Shown piece after piece: positions 59,765-62,931 of a stretch of DNA of 62,931 nucleotides. How positions within the stretch are numbered: the stretch's first letter is position 1; each line of letters opens with the position of its first letter. The notes beneath the pieces are model-generated. The model was not told where the DNA came from and did no database searches. It saw nothing but the letters and a program-made list of their open reading frames with translations. The position numbers were made by a program, and so were the translations under genes. Location: contig JBFRWD010000064.1 in the NCBI GenBank assembly GCA_051439425.1, forward strand, positions 1 through 62,931, given 5' to 3'. Source of the stretch: Synechococcus sp. Its GTDB lineage: Bacteria > Cyanobacteriota > Cyanobacteriia > Thermostichales > PCC-7336.

Positions 59765-62686
59765 TTATCCCGCAAGAGCCTCCGGTTCGGGTGGATGCTG
59801 CTTCAGCACTTTCTGCAAATACTGTCCCGTATACGAGTCCGCCACCGCAGCCACATCTTCCGGAGTCCCTGCCGCCACAATTTGTCCGCCGCGGTTTCCT
59901 CCTTCCGGTCCCAAGTCCACAATCCAATCTGCACAGCGAATAATGTCGAGGTTGTGCTCGATCACCAATACCGTGTTGCCGGTATCTACAAGCCGCTGCA
60001 ATACGTTCAACAGCTTGTGTACGTCATAGAACGACAGGCCGTTCGAAGGCTCGTCCAGCAAATACAGTGTCTTGCCGGTCGATCGCTTTGACAACTCGGA
60101 GGCGAGTTTAACCCGCTGCGCTTCCCCCCCCGAAAGTGTCGGTGCCGACTGACCCAGCCGCACGTAATTCAGTCCCACATCTTCAAGGGTCTGCAGGATC
60201 TTCTTCGCAGGGGCGATCGCCGAGAAGAATTCCAATGCTTCGCTGACCGTCATGTTTAAAACGTCAGCAATGGTTTTATCTTTGTACCGCACCTGCAACG
60301 TTTCCCGACTGTACCGACTTCCTCCGCAGGCATCGCACACCACGTACACATCGGGGAGGAAGTTCATTTCGATCACATTCACCCCCTGTCCCTTACAAGC
60401 TTCACAGCGCCCTCCCTTGACGTTGAAGGAAAAGTGACCGGGTTGGTATCCTCGCGCCTTGGCTTCAATCGTTTTGGCAAACGCCTGCCGAATGTGGTCG
60501 AACACTCCCGTGTAAGTGGCTGGGTTCGATCGAGGAGTACGGCCAATTGGCGATTGGTCGATCACGATGACCTTGTCTATGTTTTTCGTACCCGCCAATT
60601 TGTCTAGGTCTGCGGGCATCGGTACCTTGTGACCCAACTGATGGCGAATAGCCGGGTACAGCAACTCGTTCACTAACGTTGATTTGCCCGAGCCCGACAC
60701 CCCAGTAACGCAAACCAATCGACCCAATGGAAATTCGACATCAATCGTCTTGAGATTGTTTCGACTTGCCCCCTTCACGATCAGCCGTTGTTTTTTCTTG
60801 GAACGACGCTGAGCGGGGGTGGGAATTTGAGCCCGACCGGAGAGATATCGTCCCGTCACCGATGTTTTGCATTTGGCGATGTCATTCAGATTGCCTTGAG
60901 CGACGATCTCTCCACCATGCACTCCAGCCCCCGGACCGATATCCACAATGTGGTCTGCTTCCCGCATGGTATCTTCGTCGTGCTCCACCACAATCAGGGT
61001 GTTGCCCAAATCCCGCAGTCGTTTCAATGTCTCAAGCAGGCGACTATTATCCCGCTGGTGCAGACCGATAGAGGGTTCGTCCAATACGTAGAGCACCCCC
61101 GACAATCCAGCTCCAATCTGAGTCGCCAAGCGAATCCGTTGCGCTTCCCCTCCTGACAGCGTCATTGCCGGCCGACCCAGCGTCAGGTAGTCCAACCCAA
61201 CATCGAGCAAAAACTTAAGCCGAGCCCGAATCTCGCGCAGCACCAAGTCTCCGATCTGCTTTTGTCGCTCCGTTAGCTCCAGAGTCTCAATCCGCTGCAG
61301 GCACTCGTCGATCGGGATCTCGGTGAAATCGGTGATGGAATGCCCCCCGATGGTGACGGCAAGAACTTCTGGCTTGAGACGAGCTCCGTGACAAGTGGAA
61401 CAGGGGCGATCGATGAGGTATTTCTCTAGCTTCTTGCGATAGACATCGGATTTTGACTCGCGGTAGTGCCGCTGCAGTTGGGGAATGACTCCTTCGTAGC
61501 TCTTGTAGTAGCCTTTCGTGCTGCGATAGCGGGATTCTGCATTGATGAAAATTTCCTCTTCCGACCCATACAGCAACATATGCTGATGCTCGGCAGAAAG
61601 GCCATTCCACCGGTCGCGAATATCAAACCCAAAATGTTCGGCAACCGACGACAGCAGCGATAGATAGTAAGGGTTGTCCTTCTCCGCCCAAGGGGCGATC
61701 GCGGCGTAAATGGGCAAGGAAGGGTCGGGAACAATCAAGTCGGGGTCGAAGGTGGGGACGTAGCCCAAACCGTGGCAGGAAGGGCAGGCCCCCAAGGGAG
61801 AGTTAAACGAAAATAATCTCGGAGACAGTTCGTCCATCACCGAACCGTGAACGGGGCAGGCAAACTTCTCCGAAAAAACTAACTCTGCCGCCTTCCCTTC
61901 CACCTGGTATTTCCCGACCGATTCCGCCGCTCGCAGGATTTCCTTCGCCTGTTCGGGTTCCCGAGGCACTAGCTCCACGACGGCGACCCCCTCTGCCTCC
62001 TGCAGACAGGTAGAGAGCGAATCAACCAAGCGTTCTTGAATGCCGTCTTTCTTGATCAGGCGATCGACAACAATCTCAATGTCGTGAGCGCTGTTTTTTT
62101 TCAGCTTGATAGTGTCGCTCAGCTCTTGAACCACACCATCCACCCTGACCCTGGCAAACCCGCGGGAGGTCAACCCGGACAGCAAATTGGCGTGAGTCCC
62201 TTTTTTGCCACGCACGACAGGAGCCAGCAACTGAAAACGGGTGCTGTTGGGCAGTTGCATGACCTGGTCGGCAATCTGATCGACCGTTTGGGGAGTGATG
62301 GGGCGACTGCAGTGAGGACAGTGCGGCTCACCTGCCCGACCAAATAGCAATCTGAGATAGTCGTAGATCTCGGTAACAGTACCGACTGTCGAACGGGGGT
62401 TATGGCTGGTAGATTTCTGGTCGATCGATATCGCCGGACTCAGCCCTTCGATGCGTTCGACATCTGGCTTGTCTACCTGTCCTAAAAACTGACGGGCGTA
62501 AGCACTCAAAGATTCAACGTAACGCCGTTGACCCTCTGCAAAAATCGTATCGAACGCTAGCGACGACTTCCCCGATCCCGAGACACCGGTAAACACCACC
62601 AGTTTGTCGCGGGGAATCGCGACATTGACGTTTTTCAAGTTGTGTTGGCGGGCACCAATAACTCGAATCTCGTTGCGATCAGGCAT
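59765..62686 (-). CDS. uvrA: Excinuclease ABC subunit A
   Basis: GARQHNLKN, two GVSGSGKS Walker A motifs, two LSGGEAQR, zinc fingers. Confidence 0.98.
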   Translation of the reverse strand: MPDRNEIRVIGARQHNLKNVNVAIPRDKLVVFTGVSGSGKSSLAFDTIFAEGQRRYVESLSAYARQFLGQVDKPDVERIEGLSPAISIDQKSTSHNPRSTVGTVTEIYDYLRLLFGRAGEPHCPHCSRPITPQTVDQIADQVMQLPNSTRFQLLAPVVRGKKGTHANLLSGLTSRGFARVRVDGVVQELSDTIKLKKNSAHDIEIVVDRLIKKDGIQERLVDSLSTCLQEAEGVAVVELVPREPEQAKEILRAAESVGKYQVEGKAAELVFSEKFACPVHGSVMDELSPRLFSFNSPLGACPSCHGLGYVPTFDPDLIVPDPSLPIYAAIAPWAEKDNPYYLSLLSSVAEHFGFDIRDRWNGLSAEHQHMLLYGSEEEIFINAESRYRSTKGYYKSYEGVIPQLQRHYRESKSDVYRKKLEKYLIDRPCSTCHGARLKPEVLAVTIGGHSITDFTEIPIDECLQRIETLELTERQKQIGDLVLREIRARLKFLLDVGLDYLTLGRPAMTLSGGEAQRIRLATQIGAGLSGVLYVLDEPSIGLHQRDNSRLLETLKRLRDLGNTLIVVEHDEDTMREADHIVDIGPGAGVHGGEIVAQGNLNDIAKCKTSVTGRYLSGRAQIPTPAQRRSKKKQRLIVKGASRNNLKTIDVEFPLGRLVCVTGVSGSGKSTLVNELLYPAIRHQLGHKVPMPADLDKLAGTKNIDKVIVIDQSPIGRTPRSNPATYTGVFDHIRQAFAKTIEAKARGYQPGHFSFNVKGGRCEACKGQGVNVIEMNFLPDVYVVCDACGGSRYSRETLQVRYKDKTIADVLNMTVSEALEFFSAIAPAKKILQTLEDVGLNYVRLGQSAPTLSGGEAQRVKLASELSKRSTGKTLYLLDEPSNGLSFYDVHKLLNVLQRLVDTGNTVLVIEHNLDIIRCADWIVDLGPEGGNRGGQIVAAGTPEDVAAVADSYTGQYLQKVLKQHPPEPEALAG

Positions 62687-62764
62687 CAGAACTCCGAGCA
62701 AGTACATCTACTTATACTAACTGAGCGGATCGGTACTCATCGCAACGAGAAAAGCCCTCCAAGC

Positions 62765-62794
62765 AAAATCCCCCTACCGATAGGTTGGGGGATT
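62765..62794 (-). terminator. Intrinsic terminator after the minus-strand 5S rRNA
   Basis: Stem AATCCCCC/GGGGGATT, ending in a T run on the minus strand. Confidence 0.75.
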
Positions 62795-62805
62795 CAAGTA
62801 GTAAA

Positions 62806-62922
62806 GTCTGGCATCGAGCTATATTCCCATGGGGCGACCCCCAGAGTATTGTCGCCGCAACAGCGTTTCACAACCGAGTTCGGGAAGGGTCGGAGTGGTT
62901 CCACCGTGCCATAGACACCAGA
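62806..62922 (-). rRNA. rrf: 5S rRNA (second copy, inverted)
   Basis: 62805-62931 is the exact reverse complement of 1-127. Confidence 0.97.
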
Positions 62923-62931
62923 CAAACTTAT

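Larger units (their letters stand above)
1..62931. repeat. HIP1 octamer GCGATCGC dispersed across the window
   Basis: Many copies in genes and intergenic DNA; I saw none in amiF, the yihY gene or the IS481 element. Confidence 0.9.

Noticed and set aside
62687..62760. LexA box upstream of uvrA
   Set aside because: AGTACATCTACTT matches only one half of the cyanobacterial LexA consensus

Overview
A 62.9-kb chromosomal segment of a cyanobacterium (abundant HIP1 GCGATCGC, raf1, cruF, an NblB-like gene, DUF2811). Both ends are identical 5S rRNA genes in inverted, inward-pointing orientation, so the contig probably lies between two convergent rrn operons. Housekeeping genes include leuS, tRNA-Leu(UAA), cobN, trpA, folD, rdgB, raf1, rlpA, uvrA, exbBD, an mscS-family gene and several ABC transporters. 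Points of interest: (i) a helically phased DnaA-box array at 9.2-9.6 kb with no dnaA or dnaN nearby; (ii) a zinc-starvation-type island at 11.9-19.3 kb with three Zur-like boxes, covering folE, an FAD oxidoreductase, a CobW-like protein, two atypical metallophosphoesterases and, unexpectedly, the metal-free formamidase amiF; (iii) a purine-catabolism cluster at 44.1-49.2 kb built around an HpxD-like Rieske oxygenase with no reductase and no urate oxidase, plus uraH, uraD, an allantoin racemase and a dihydropyrimidinase-type hydrolase; (iv) five copies of a ~105-bp hairpin repeat; (v) IS481, IS200 and IS1 elements or remnants, an orphan tyrosine recombinase, a 6S-like ncRNA candidate and several small ORFs. 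All family assignments come from motif recognition and recall, not database searches.
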